A stretch of 57,183 nucleotides of DNA, the filler included, from Perkinsus olseni (lineage: Eukaryota): the NCBI GenBank assembly GCA_013115125.1. It is 7 parts of 7 records of this genome, joined end to end, with 100 filler letters (N's around TTAATTAATTAA, not from the genome) between each part and the next. Parts side by side here need not be neighbours in the genome. Positions count along the whole stretch, not along the records: positions 32,854 to 40,919 come from JABANN010000986.1; positions 41,020 to 49,058 come from JABANN010000987.1; 5 more parts are not named here. One strand, written 5' to 3'. The position numbers and the translations under genes are program-made. Below are positions 34,093 through 46,941 of this stretch, piece after piece. The stretch's first letter is position 1; each line of letters opens with the position of its first letter. The notes below the pieces were generated by a model. The model ran no database searches. It was given only the letters and a program-made list of their open reading frames with translations, and was not told the DNA's origin.

Positions 34093-34784
34093 ATGCGGAG
34101 CTCACGCAGGAGATCCAAGCAACGGAGAAATGCGAAATCTGCTAGCGCCTGCTCCCAAGCCGGGAGCTATTCAGAGCTTTTCCTACTGCCGCCGGTAGAG
34201 CTCTCTGACAAGCCAAGCCTTCTGGACCCTCCGGACCTATCACCCGATGTTCTCTTGTCTCCGATCCATCCATCGACCGCAGGCTCAATTTCTCAGCCGA
34301 GCCAATGGATTAGAGACCGTCTATTCAAGACCAAGGTTATAATTGAAGGATCCGGGGAGATTTCACGATGCTTCTCTACCTTCAGGTGTGCCGCTACTTC
34401 ATCAAAGGCCGGTGCAAATACGGTGATGCATGCACTTACGCTCATTGGAGTGATGAGCTACAGCCGAGGCCGGATCTGCATAAGACCAGAATTTGTAACA
34501 AGTTGGATTGCACAGCCGAGACTTGCCCCTTCGCCCATTCCATTTACGAGCTTCGAGATCCACCCATGAGCTCGGAACTTGCTCCATGTCGAGCGTTTCT
34601 CCAAGGACGGTGTGATGACAGCGCTTGTCCGCTGGCCCACAACAAGACGATGATCGATGAGATCGAGTTTACTACTGTTTTTCGAGATACGAGCAAAACA
34701 AGAGCTCTATCCGGAGTCGCTCCTATGCTAGCTTTAACGGCATCTCCCAAGGGGGATCTCCAACAACATCCAGCCTCAGCTTAA
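34093..34784 (+). CDS. Tandem CCCH zinc-finger RNA-binding protein (2 exons: 34093-34335, 34386-34784)
   Basis: Removing a 50-nt GT-AG intron joins LFKTK to VCRYFIKGRCKYGDACTYAH; two further CCCH units (KTRIC..C..CPFAH; PCRAFLQGRC..CPLAH). The ATG follows a polypyrimidine tract and AG. Confidence 0.88.
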
Positions 34785-37700
34785 CGTTCAGGCCCGAGGC
34801 TTGGTGGTGATGTGATGAGATTGCACACCAGGTGCCTTCATTCTTTATTCGGTGACGAATGGTCTCGCCGCCTGTCAACTTACATCAACGTTTAGTGGTT
34901 ACTATTGAGTTTAGAGTACAATGGGTGGTGTCTAGACACATCGTGGACGACACAGGAAAAAATACAGTAATTTAGTGGGACTCGCGAACACCGGAGTGAA
35001 CTTCAATGTGGTGGAAATTCAGAGCCAGAGAGTGAACGATTCAAAGAGACTTCCTGTCTGTTCTAGCCCGTGTGTGTAAGGAAACGAGCACAGTGGGCAG
35101 TAGAGAGGGTCCGATCGGATTTGCCATTGATGATGCCACCCTTGGGAAAGTCTATACGGTTTATACCGAGTGTAACGGTACTCCTCTGACTTGGAAAGCT
35201 ACCGATAGGTCGCTAGTGACGACTCAGAGCCTTACTTCGCCGTTAGGAATGGATCTGGTGCTCTGTCGAACGGTAAGAATGATAGTGCCTAGTGTATACC
35301 ATACCTCGGGTGAGACTCCAATATCGAAGATTTCACGTGCTTCGCGCGAATTGAGCTCCAAGTGAGAGCGAAGCTCCAGGGACTGCGCTTCTCACACAGT
35401 TCGTGGTATCCACACGACGAATCTCCGCTCGACCGTCTAGCAGGCTGTCCAATGCCCGATGTTTCGATCTAGTTAGGGAGAGCACCGACTCCTTTCAGGA
35501 GCTGTGTGCCATCTTTATGCTGGCCGAGAGAGCGCGGTCTTACGATACGGTATCGTATCGTCGATACCTCGCATATCCTCCGCTATCGCTAGCAGCGTTT
35601 CGACGATTCTAAAGCAGCTCGTTCGGCTCCGGCCACGGCCTCCTCTGACTCGCCGTGGAAGCAAGCCTGACCAACCACTTCGTGTCCCCGCATCCTTCCA
35701 TCGTCACTATTCACTGGATAGCCAGAATAACATACACATGACATCTTCCAACCATGTCCCCCAGCCGAAGAAATCGGTGCATCAGAGTGGCCAGACAGGA
35801 AGCATCATCGCTCGCCCCTCACCAACTGGAACGCGCGAAATATCCTTCGCGCAAGGCGACCACACTTCCGAGGACCGTGCCATCGTGCTCGCCATATGGC
35901 CATATGGTGCTGCCACCATACTTCCTCCTGATTCTGCGTCAACTCCACAGTAACAATCCCCGGTGAAGTATGCTCGGAATGCGCATGGTAGTTCATCATA
36001 GTTCTTTAAACACTCGATGGACCTATACGAACTGAGCGTTGCGAAATGAGCTCTAGACCAGTCATTGCGACATGAGTTTCGACCAGTCATTGCAAAATGC
36101 GCAGATGCGTGTATATAGTGTTCGGCTTAGGAATGCGGGGCGTCATGAACCCCACGACAGACCAATGTATCTGCGAGCGATGCTCCAGTGCTCTGCTTGT
36201 CGCTGTTTACGGTTATTGGAGCCACCTGAAACTCTCAGCAGGCTTCAAATCCGAGAGGCCATGGCTCGTGAGTCACTGCGACTCGAATCAACCCGTATTA
36301 TACGAGGCCGAAGGAGTGGAATACTATGTGTGCGCCAATTGCGCACCGCTCGTTAGGCACTGTCAGTCATATTGGATGCTGTATGCTCCTACTGTCGTTT
36401 CTATTATCCCTTGATCCGCTAACATGGCCAGCCTCTCCGCTCCTTCAATAATGCTGGCTCTGAGCTTCATAATGATAAACGAGCCCCATTCGTCGGCATA
36501 TGGGCAGGTAAATCAACCGTAGAATGAGAGTATTTTTTCCAGCTACGTTATCGTCCTGTCGTAGATGGAGGTGTCCGCTACGAGCTGCAGAATCATGAAT
36601 ACCATCGTGTTCATACACATGTCCAAGTTGTACGACGGTTGTTATGTTGCGCTGGGCTCCAACAAGCCTAAGAGAATGCAAACTCATTACTGGTGAGCTG
36701 GCGCTACACCTTCCATCACCGAGTGAATTTACAAACAATCCCGATTCAACGTAACCCATTCCATCCTCAGGAGCTACAACAATGGCAGTCTGCTCATGAG
36801 GTTCGAAGACTACGAGCGTCATCTTGCTGGAGAAATCGAGGCGGCGCAAGGGAGGAGAGTGCCGGAGAGAATCCTCACAGTACATCCTCACGTTCGTTTT
36901 ATCCCCATCATCGAAAGAGCATTCGAGCGGCCTATGAATGACGCCGCTTGCCAAAACCTGCTTTCTATAATTGAAAGATCGCCACCCGAGGGTTATCCGC
37001 AAAATATCTGGTGGGTTAGTCGTTTCCTCGGCCATAAGGCGGAGGAAGCAATGCAACTAGCTGAACGTCATGGACAGTCAAAAAATTTTACGGAGCTCGC
37101 CTTGTACCGTGACTATAGTATATTGCTTTTGATGTCAACGTTTATTTTTGTGTTGAATATGACGAATGGGGGATGGTGTTTTACACGCTGGCCATCGGAT
37201 GTATCACAGATTGTACCAAACATGCACTCCACCCTCACCACCAACCCGAGCACGTCGTGGCTCGAGTTACATAAACCACCATCGCCTTGTAGCGATTGAG
37301 AGGACGCAAAGCGTTTAAGAGGTATCGTCGAGGGACGATCGATGAACGAAGAATCTACCACAGCGCATGAACCATAGCCCGAACGATCGCTACCAATTTT
37401 TCGCCTTCCGAGATCCACTATCGTGATCATTGACGATGGAACCGTCGGTTCTCGGAGAACTCGGAGGTTCTCGGAGAACCGTTATCCAGCACTTCATGTG
37501 CTTGCCGTATCGCCACTGGTGCTGGCTCTCCCACACGTACTGGTGAGGAGGCTCAGTCCCTCACCACACTAGGGAACCATGAGTCTCAAAAGCACAGCAG
37601 TATTCTCTCATAACAAATAAATTATCATCTTACCACAGGTGACTTTCCGCGAGGATTCTTACAAATCTTTCGGTGCAGGTAGTTTGATGTGCATATCGAG

Positions 37701-38230
37701 AATGATAGAAGCTCATTGCTGGTGATGACAAATATCTGTTACCCGAGCCGCCGTCGATTCATCTTCCTCCACGCTGGACTTTAACGACGAACCCTGTGTC
37801 ATCGTCTGACGCACTCGTTGACCACCGAAGATTCCAGCGAAGCTAGAACTGATTCATTTCTTGGACTTCGCCACCATGTCAATGACTCGAGTGCGCGCAC
37901 AACTCCTCGCATTGCGTCTTCGAGCGGCTTTGCGAGGAGTTCAGAAACCCAGTTGCTCAACCGGACCAGCTCGGAATTTGGTGGAGCGGGGGAAAGATTG
38001 CATCATTTCGGGATTTCGCTCCGACCACAGCACGCGCAAGGCGGCATAACCTCGCTGAAGGGCTCGATGCCTGATTGCATCCAGCTGAGTGGCTCCAGGA
38101 GGAATCCCGCCCATCGAATTGATGCACGGATGTCCTCAGGCGAACCCTACGCGCAAGAAAGACAGAGGATGAGAAGAACAAAACGCGAAGCATGGTACCA
38201 AGTGGAAAGATATCTATGGAAAATTCAGTT

Positions 38231-39463
38231 TCAAACTACAGAAGGGTCGTCTTCACGCTTGGTCCATTCACCAGGGCACAACGCTGCAGCAAGCATAACT
38301 TTGTTGATGGCTGAGTGCTCAACTTCGCCGCAACCAACGGACATCTCCATTGGAATCAATCGCTCGATGAGATCACTGCACTCGTCAACGATGCTCGGAA
38401 CGCCGCTGATTCGGGCACCCAGGAGGGCACCGTACAAGCGGAATGGCAGCGACTTCGCATAGCGGCGGTCAATCGCATACGGGGCCATCTCTACCAGCGC
38501 TGCTCGCTCTCGCTCAGCCATAGGCCCTCGCAGGAACTGGTTCGTCCACCAGGTCAACCCATAGCTTAGGGGGTCACCTGAGGGTGGCGCACGCGAAGAT
38601 CTTGGGAACAATGAGCTACGTTGCCTATCCGACTTACTCGACACATGCTGATCCGCCACTTGCAAGTAAGCTCGGAAGGGTCCTGTCAAGTCCGCTATTT
38701 CTTTATCGACCTGTCCTGGACGAAGACCGTCCAGAAGGTTGTAGATGATGTACGCAGTCTCAGCGTCATGATTTGGATGAGCCTCCTCAAGACCAGCGAT
38801 CGGCTTCATGTCGGCATTCAGCTTCCAACGCACACCCTGGCCAGGGACGCAGAAATACGGATGAACGTTCGTAACAAGTCTGAGAGCATCATCAAGAGCT
38901 TCTGCCGACCTTGTCGCTTGGTGGTAGCGGATAAGTGCAAATAGCCACTTGTCGACGTAGTGCCAGTACATTCCGTCGAACTTCATGCCAGCATCACTGC
39001 TCGCGCGTGCGTGCAACTTGCCAATTCTCAAGCCTTTATAGTAGCCAGGACGATCAGGGTCGGTAAGCATGGGGAGCTCAATGCTCCGGGGAGTCCCTAG
39101 GGTCTCATGAACAGTCTTGATGAGTTTCCCCGCTGCGCCAAGAAATTCGCTAGATCTTCCGGGAAAGCCTTTTGACAGGCTGATGAAGTTGAGAACGCCG
39201 AATGCATCAGTCCAGAGATACCTGAGAAATCGCGAAAACATTCCTAGTGGGAGTAACGAGTTGGCGCATTCTCATAAGAGCATCCTCAGGACAGTGGTCA
39301 AGTACTACCTCCTCTGGTGACCATTATGCCCTCCCGGACCGGCCTCGTCAGGTGGCAAGGGCTTTGGAAAGAACTCAGCCTTCCAGTCACCGTAAACGTC
39401 TACCATGAGAGCTTCCGCTACTGCCGAGTATTTCGAACACACAGTTGGAGAGCTGCTAGCCAT
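38231..39463 (-). CDS. Conserved hypothetical protein of the RYLWTDAFG family
   Basis: Spliced GGHNGHQRR|YLWTDAFGVLNFISL, GLRIGK, DGMYWHYVDKWLFAL, WKLNADM, LPFRLYGALLG, INKVMLAAALCPG. I recall these motifs from an uncharacterised fungal/prokaryotic family; not verified by search. Confidence 0.75.
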
Positions 39464-41310
39464 CACATTTACATATGTCGAATTCAACTTGGAGACTCAG
39501 AAAAGCGCTCCGTGTTAGGAGCGCCCGATCGCGCCAAACGAGGTCAGTGAGAATCGCATTAACATAATATTCAGCGTTCGTCCAAAATTTATCGGTCACT
39601 AGCCACTCGTCCCCGCATATTCATCGCGGACCTCGCCGTTCAGCCCCATAGAGAAGCACCACTTCCACAGCCTCAGCATACTAGTGACAGCTGTGGAATG
39701 TTTTACTATTCCAATTCTTGGCAAAGTCACCTACCGGTCTCAGACATCGTTGATTCAATACCGAACCGTTCGAAAAGTCTATTCGCTACCCTTGGATTCT
39801 TTCGAAGAACATTCCCTGACCCAGTTTGTCCCTGTCGAAACCTTCAGTTTCATCTGTCACACGCCCACGCCAATCCACTTAGATACAACGGGCTCACCAA
39901 CGTGACGTCTCGTACGGGAAACTTACGCTTACGCTTGACCATAACGCGGCAACATGCATAAAAGGAGAAATGTGCAAGGTGTTTCAGTTGGTGAGAATAA
40001 CCCAGAGTAAAATGGCTGCAAGAATAAGGAAGAATCGCGAAGCAGCTTGCGCCGAGTCCTCAGCCCCCACTCGTCCCATGCCCATACGACTGCCTAACAA
40101 AGTTCTTTTCGTCAGATCAAACCCCGGAGCGCGTACCTTGCTCATGCCTGCTGTTGTAGCCCGCATATACAAAAGGAAAGAACGGGAATCCGGTTCCAAA
40201 ATGGAAATGAAATTGTGGTCCCTCAGTTTCTGAAAAGAAACGCAACATGAAACACTCCGCTCCGCTGAGGGCCGACCATTGCATGACCTTCTGAGTCGCC
40301 TCCCCAGCCGAACCAGTTCCTGCGTTGCTGCACAGGCGGCCTCTCTCCCTTGGGTCGAGCCCGCGGTTTCTTCCGAGGGTCTACAGGGTGCTCCTCGCTG
40401 CCTCCACGTCCATACAAGGGAATCACGTTCTCCCTGAACGAAGGAAGACCCTTTCGCAGATACTGTTCGCAACGGCATTGTCAGACCCGTCTTGAAACCA
40501 TGAAAGATAGCGAGGGAAAGAATGCTCTATCGGTTGACTGAGCTAAAGGGGCGAACGCTTTGCCACCGTCCCGGAGGCATCCCACGAGGTGCTCGCAGCG
40601 CACCGAATGAGGAGCAATGGCATCAACTCTACCAATTTGATGCAATCCCAACGGGAGGAAGGTCGGGTAACTCCCTCTATCGCGCGCTGGGGCCCTTCCT
40701 GCACTCACGACGCTCGAAATTTGCAAGCTTGTTTGAAAATTATAATTTCATATATAATGTGTTTGACATTCTCTTCCTTGCAGCAAAGCTCAGTTATACT
40801 CGAGTCGCCGAGTGCAGCCGAGGTTTGTATCGCACATGCCGCCCTTTAAAGGGAGTTTCAAAACTTCGTGAACAACTTTGAACTCTTGAAATTTCTCAAC
40901 GACCGACCGTACAAGACTGNNNNNNNNNNNNNNNNNNNNNNNNNNNNNNNNNNNNNNNNNNNNTTAATTAATTAANNNNNNNNNNNNNNNNNNNNNNNNN
41001 NNNNNNNNNNNNNNNNNNNACGGGTACGGAACCGTAATCGTACCCGTACCGTACTCCGTACCAAACCGTACCCGTACTCTCGCCCACCTCTAATGACGAA
41101 TGACGTGGTTGGCAGTCACCACGCTCACCTGCCTAGTAAGCTCCAGCTTCGCGAAAAGGGTGGAGAGATGCCGGTGATGCCCATCCCCACTTGATGAAGA
41201 AGCCAAAGTCGGCCAGTAGTGTGCAAAAGAGGTTAATTGATGCAAATGTGCATTAGAACATCATACATGCGGGGCGACCACTTCGCCAACTCCAATAATG
41301 GACAACTCCC

Positions 41311-41343
41311 AGGAGGAGGAGGAGGAGGAGGAGGAGGAGGAGG
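41311..41343. repeat. (GGA)n microsatellite
   Basis: About 11 GGA units. Confidence 0.9.
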
Positions 41344-41547
41344 CATCGCTTGAGGTTATATATAATCCATCAGAGCTCAAGCCTTCTCTTCAATGCTCGC
41401 CGACCGCTTGGATCATCGACGTCTCCTCTGTTGACATATTCGGAGAGCCGTCATCGCCTGGCCGTAATGGTGTGGATGACAACACCGACTGAACGTCTAC
41501 TCCCGCACCCGACGCGATTGCGCACCGGCAAGTTTCCTGAAGGAGCT

Positions 41548-44500
41548 TCAATCCTCCAGCAGCACTACGAAAAGCCGAAAGCAGAGAGCCCAGACACTCC
41601 GAGAGTTGAGTCGGAAATATAACAGGGCCCGTAGGGGTGAGGATGTTAGCAATCGAGAGAGCATGTTAGGTCCACACCGCAGTATGGGATTCGGCGAGCC
41701 TACCGCGAGTGTCTCAACAATGGTGACCCGAGGGTCGTGGCGTATGGGTAGATGCTGTCCGACTTTCCTTTGCAAGGGCTTTCCAACTTTGCCTCTCGAC
41801 TGTTCGTACCTGACGGTAGTACCTCTGCAGTAGCCATCGAGGAAGCATAACAGTTGACCAACGGTCAACTCAAAGGAAGGATGCCAGAAGCTGAGGCACC
41901 CGAGCAGTTCCATGAGAGGTTAGTAGAGTGAGCAATCAGCCAGAATCCTTCGCGGTGCGCTTCAGAACCATACTATCATTGCCGCTCATCAGACGTGAAC
42001 CAGCTGTTCTACTCTCCTACTACGACCGCTACGACTTTGACTCCCGTAGTTCCACCCTCTAGTCTCGAGGTGAGAGCGTGCGACAGTCGACTCAGTAGGG
42101 AGGCAATGACTTAGTAGGTGACTAAGCCCTACACGTAAATGCCCATGACCACGTTGTGCCAAGTAGGGATTAGCCGCGTGAGAACATCAAGCAGCTTCTC
42201 CGCCTCGGTCACTCGAATGAGTATGAAGATACCGTGATAGATGCTCCTAACAGAAAGAATCTCCACGAATCTCTCCGCGTCGTGCCACAGGCATCAAGTT
42301 TAAGACTAAGCACTATCATCCTACTTTCTCTTGCAGTACTTCATCATCCAGTGAACGAACGAGTCTATCGTTCGGTAACGCTTCACACGGAGTTGTTGGA
42401 ATTCGGGAACCTAGGAAGAACCATATGTCATGAAGATAGCGGCCAGTCAGGTAACGGGCAGATCGTATGAATACGAAACTGCTCCGGCAAGGAGATTTAA
42501 TGGGGCCGAGGAAAGTGCATTCGACTGACCACAGAGCCGTCCATAACTGAACGCCTACCATCAAGTACTACAGATAACCACCTCTAAAATTTGGGATCCC
42601 ACGACCAATCTAGCAGATGAGTTGCCCGCTGTGACAAGACGGAAGTAGACGAATTCTGCAATCTAGAATTGGAGGCCCTACATCAGTGTCGAACCAGGAT
42701 TTGAAAACGTTTCTGTCTATGCAGACGGTGACTGGCCGGGTGCCATCAAAGCTCGCCTCGGAGGCTACTGAGTGAGTACGCACGGACCTGAACGAGAAGA
42801 GCTTCATTCGTCTCAAATATACCCGCCCTCCGAACACAAGCAGATGATCTCTCCCCGTGCTAGCTCAGCAACTGGAGAGCATCTAGTGTACAATGCTTGG
42901 TCCACAGTTGCCCGTTTGGGCCTCAGAGTTGTGCCCTAGGAGACACGATCGCTCGGTATGCTTCACCACAGTAGTGTGTATCCAGGGTCCCGAGGTACTG
43001 AGGCGTATCCAACCTTCGAGGCGCGAGACTCATGCATGCCAATCACATGTGCCATCAATAACGAAAAATTTGGACGCCTTAATATAGTCCGCAAGGCGAA
43101 TATTACGAAAGAGAGCAGCCCCTTTCCGCAATGAATCGCCCTCGCAGTACACAAACCCATGCCCACCTCAAGCTCTGTGGCCCACTGGGCGGATGTGTGA
43201 CTGGCGGGCTGGGAGGTGGGCAGTCACTTCCTTCGATAAATGATCCACCATTATCGAACTGAGGTAGCGGGTAGCCACCAACCATAGGGACAGCCGGGGG
43301 GCCACCTTGGTGCCCGTTCGCCATAGGTACCTAATCAGCTGTCCATAGCGTGATGCACTATAAGCTTCGAGGCTGCTGCCGAGCAGCGCAGGGATGCCGA
43401 CACTCTTCCCCCTATCGTTATTACAAGTATGATGCTGGTGGTGTCCTGCGGGATGGGTGAAGTCGTGTATACTATCGTGGCTGTCGGATGTTGACGGATA
43501 TGTCCATACCTAGCCAGTATCACGAAGAAAGTCGACGATGTTCTTCCGTCGGGCGATGAGACCCTCACAGCAGAACTCAGTGGGAGAGGGGTCGGTTTCT
43601 CTGTACCAGCTCATTGAGTACACTACGGGTATCAGCAAGAGGCGGTGCGTTGCAAGATTCCCGATAGGCACCATTTCACAGCTCTAGGCCGTCTCCGGCT
43701 GAGTTAAGCTCACGTGCTACCAATCAGAACAGAAGCTGCTAAGCCGATTTCGCAGGCACGAAAAACTCAGGCGAGGAGCCGCACCCATTTGCCACTCACA
43801 TATGGGCCTGAGGTTGATAGGGCCCTAGCTGATGTCCAGCTGGTGTTGGGCCTCCCTGGTGCTGTTGATGCGACGATGAGTTGCCAGAACTCTTGCTGCT
43901 CCTTCCTTTTGTGGTATCCTTGTTGTCTTTCGAGTTCCTCTTCGGAGGTGTCCCATCTGGGACCCTCTCTCCAGTCTCATTGCCGCCGATCGGATGGTCA
44001 TACGGCGGTAAGTTGCCTAAGGGGAAGGGTGAGGAAAGCCAACCCCGGAGCCTCAGGCCCTGAGGAGCCAGTCAATATCATGAGCTGCGGGACTCCAGCG
44101 ACGACGATAATACGAGGTTGGTCAATCGTCGCGAGAGAGGACAAACATCGCGCTGCTCATAAGGGGTAGCCACCACGAAGTGAGGCGTGTCTAGACGATC
44201 TCACCCATCAATGGTCCGAAGCCCTGTGGGAGCATTGGTGCAATCATGGGCATGCCAGGATACGGGGCGGGGAAACCCGGTGGGAACATCATCATAGGTG
44301 GCACTGGGCCCGAAGGGTAGAAACCCGGTAGAGGGTGGAATTGACCCGCCGGTGGCATCTGATGAATCTTTCGACAAGTGCAGTGCGTCGAGCAATACCG
44401 TTCCCCAATGGGCCGTCTCCATGCTGTCCGCGCCATAGTCCACTTCACCCTCTTCGGGCACTGTCTCCATTTCGGCCCGCTTCTCTGGTCGAACCTTCAC
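41548..44500 (-). CDS. Hypothetical Pro-rich multi-exon protein(s); structure unresolved
   Basis: Minus-strand Pro-rich segments (PGFPAPYPGMPMIAPM; GGPPAVPMVGGYPLP) separated by intron-like gaps; no domain recognised. Confidence 0.35.
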
Positions 44501-44984
44501 CCGAGGACTCGTTTTTGAGTCGCCAAACTTCCGCCTCGTGGCGGCCTTCGCGGCAACGGGGACCGCGGCCTTCTTGCTGTTACTCCCGGTAGATGTAGCC
44601 CTGAGAATGTCGAGCTCAGCGGGTCATGCATTCCGCCGAAACTCTAGCGTCATTCAGCTAACCGAGAAAATCTCCGCGTCTACCTAGATGTCCATTGTAC
44701 TGATCCTGAGGCCCATGATGTAGCCCCGGCTCCGAGCTCGATCCGAAAAACGAAGACCACGAGAGAGTCAGATTCCGACGTGGAAAAAGCCAAGTCCCTG
44801 ACCGCGCATTAAGCAAGTGTTCCAGAGTTTATTAAGGGACAGCCGAGGCCACACTACGACCGAAACGAAAAATCCATGGGCGTATTTAGGCAACCGGTGA
44901 AGAATGAGCCATGTCGAGTAGCTGTGCGCAACTCCTAGATACCCATCCTACGAACTTATGGGGCTCCATCTTACCGTATGCATC

Positions 44985-46720
44985 TCACCTGCTGCTCCCT
45001 CGGGCAGAGTGGACGGCGGCTACACTCCCCTTGGGACTGGAGGCACCGTTGGAGGTGCTCGCTGGCGTTCCCGCTGTAGTGGCTTGTATCGCAACTCCAG
45101 CTGATTTCGTTGTAGGTGATGTGGATGGACTCGCCTCGCTGCCTTTCTTCCCACTACCTGACCCCCCCCACACCTGCTTCCGGCTGTTCTGCGGCCAATC
45201 CTACCAGAGAGCTTGAGAGGGACCTCCGGGGACACTGTCCTCCCCACTGGAGCGTTTGATTGATCTGCCGCTGGCTTGACCGCAGGTGCTTTGGGAGACC
45301 CTCCAGGCGAGATTGGTACACCAGGTGAATCAGCAACGGATGTCTTGGCACCACGAGCCGATTTAGCTGCGACAAGATCGATAAGATAACCCCGAAGAAG
45401 GCATGCCGAGCGACAGAGTGATTACGTGCGGTCCTTAATTTTCCTTTCGAACTCGATCCACCCGATGGCTGCTTTAACGGGCTCCCGGGCCTCGTAACCT
45501 TAGTCGGTGCGTCACAAGCAGCCGCTTTCTTCACCGGTCCACCAGCCACGACACTCGAAAATGAACGCCGGGGCGGTTCGAACTTCCGCAGCTTCGACGT
45601 TGTCGGTTCCGAATCTTCATCGCTGGTCATCTCTGACCATCGCCGCGATTGTATGATAGGCTTAGTCTGCTCTTGGCACCCGCCTGAATACCAACTACTG
45701 AGTCCGCTAATGCCCACTCCCGTCCCGACGTACCAGCTTGCGGACTCAGTGTCCGTGTCCTTCCCACTGTCGTTGTGGTTGTCGTGACCGCCGCCGACTG
45801 GGAGGGCGTGGTTACCGTAGGGCCTCCAATGGATTCTAGAACCATGCAAGTATCCAGCATGTCGTAACGCATACTTCCAACCAGGTTCTCCATCCTGATT
45901 TCCCGAGGCTCACCTTGTTGCGTGGCTACTCCACCCGAGAGCTGCTGCTGTTGCTGCGGCCCCGTACTAACACCTCTCTGCTGACGAACCTTCGACCTGC
46001 TAGTTCTCGCCGCTTCGGCTCTTGCTTGGGCAACCCTCGCAGCGCTACTCTGAACGCCATATAAAGAAAACAATACATGGAGACGTAAAGGGGCTCAAGC
46101 AAACGCAAGCGATTGAAGGACTGTGGAGTTCAAGGGAGCGCTGACAAGTGCTACTGTAGCAGTGCTACATGCATCTCCGTCCCAATCTACTGGTAGACCC
46201 AGCGAAGGCAATAGCACAGAAAAGTCAAACTTTATCACAGAACGCTCTATGATAGGAGGGGTCCATACAGCCCCCCGAGTGTCGGTCACCGAGCATCAGT
46301 TCCGTTCCTACCTGCTCCTTGCCGGTGCAAGTCGGCGCCGTCGCCGCCAGACTAGGTCCACTACCAGTAGCAGCAGCAGTCGCTGCAGTAGCCCCTTTCT
46401 TGGTCGCCCCTATTGCCGGGCCCTCCTGGCTCCCTCCATTCGGAGGTACGCCATCCACAGCCTGATCATGGATCAGCGTGGCCCGTTCAATAACGATCAA
46501 GTCACGAAGCACCTCGTCCTGCTGCCGAGGCGACGGCACCATGGGTGGGCTATGGTGTCCCATGGAACTGGCGCTACTACCACAGCTCCCGCCTGATGCA
46601 TTGGGCAGTTTTGTGCTGCTATTGGACTTGACCACTGAGGGGCCGATAGTCATAGACAAATACTGTCCGAGTCATCAGTATGTTCCGCAGCCGGCGGGGG
46701 CTCTTCTGACCCCCACATGA
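44985..46720 (-). CDS. Hypothetical Ser/Thr/Gln-rich low-complexity protein, multi-exon
   Basis: Consecutive minus-strand ORF segments (46225-46659, 45627-46073, 45154-45849, 44985-45173) with intron-like junctions. Confidence 0.4.
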
Positions 46721-46941
46721 CGACGACAATTCGCACTCACTCCGCATCAAGATACGGAATGCAGTCAGTGCTGGACACCCAAGCTCTGAAAGGGATATCG
46801 CCCCACTGCCGGATCCTCTGTTCGAGGGAGCAGAAGTTGGGACAGCCTAGTGACCATCCGACGTGGGCGCTGTGCCATCCGTTCCCTCTAAAAGATTGAG
46901 CAACAAAAGGCCCTGATGAATGGCAAAGTAGAAATAGCTAA

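Noticed and set aside
36445-37056. 203-aa minus-strand ORF
   Set aside because: No recognisable motifs; overlaps an equally plausible plus-strand frame, so the strand cannot be decided.
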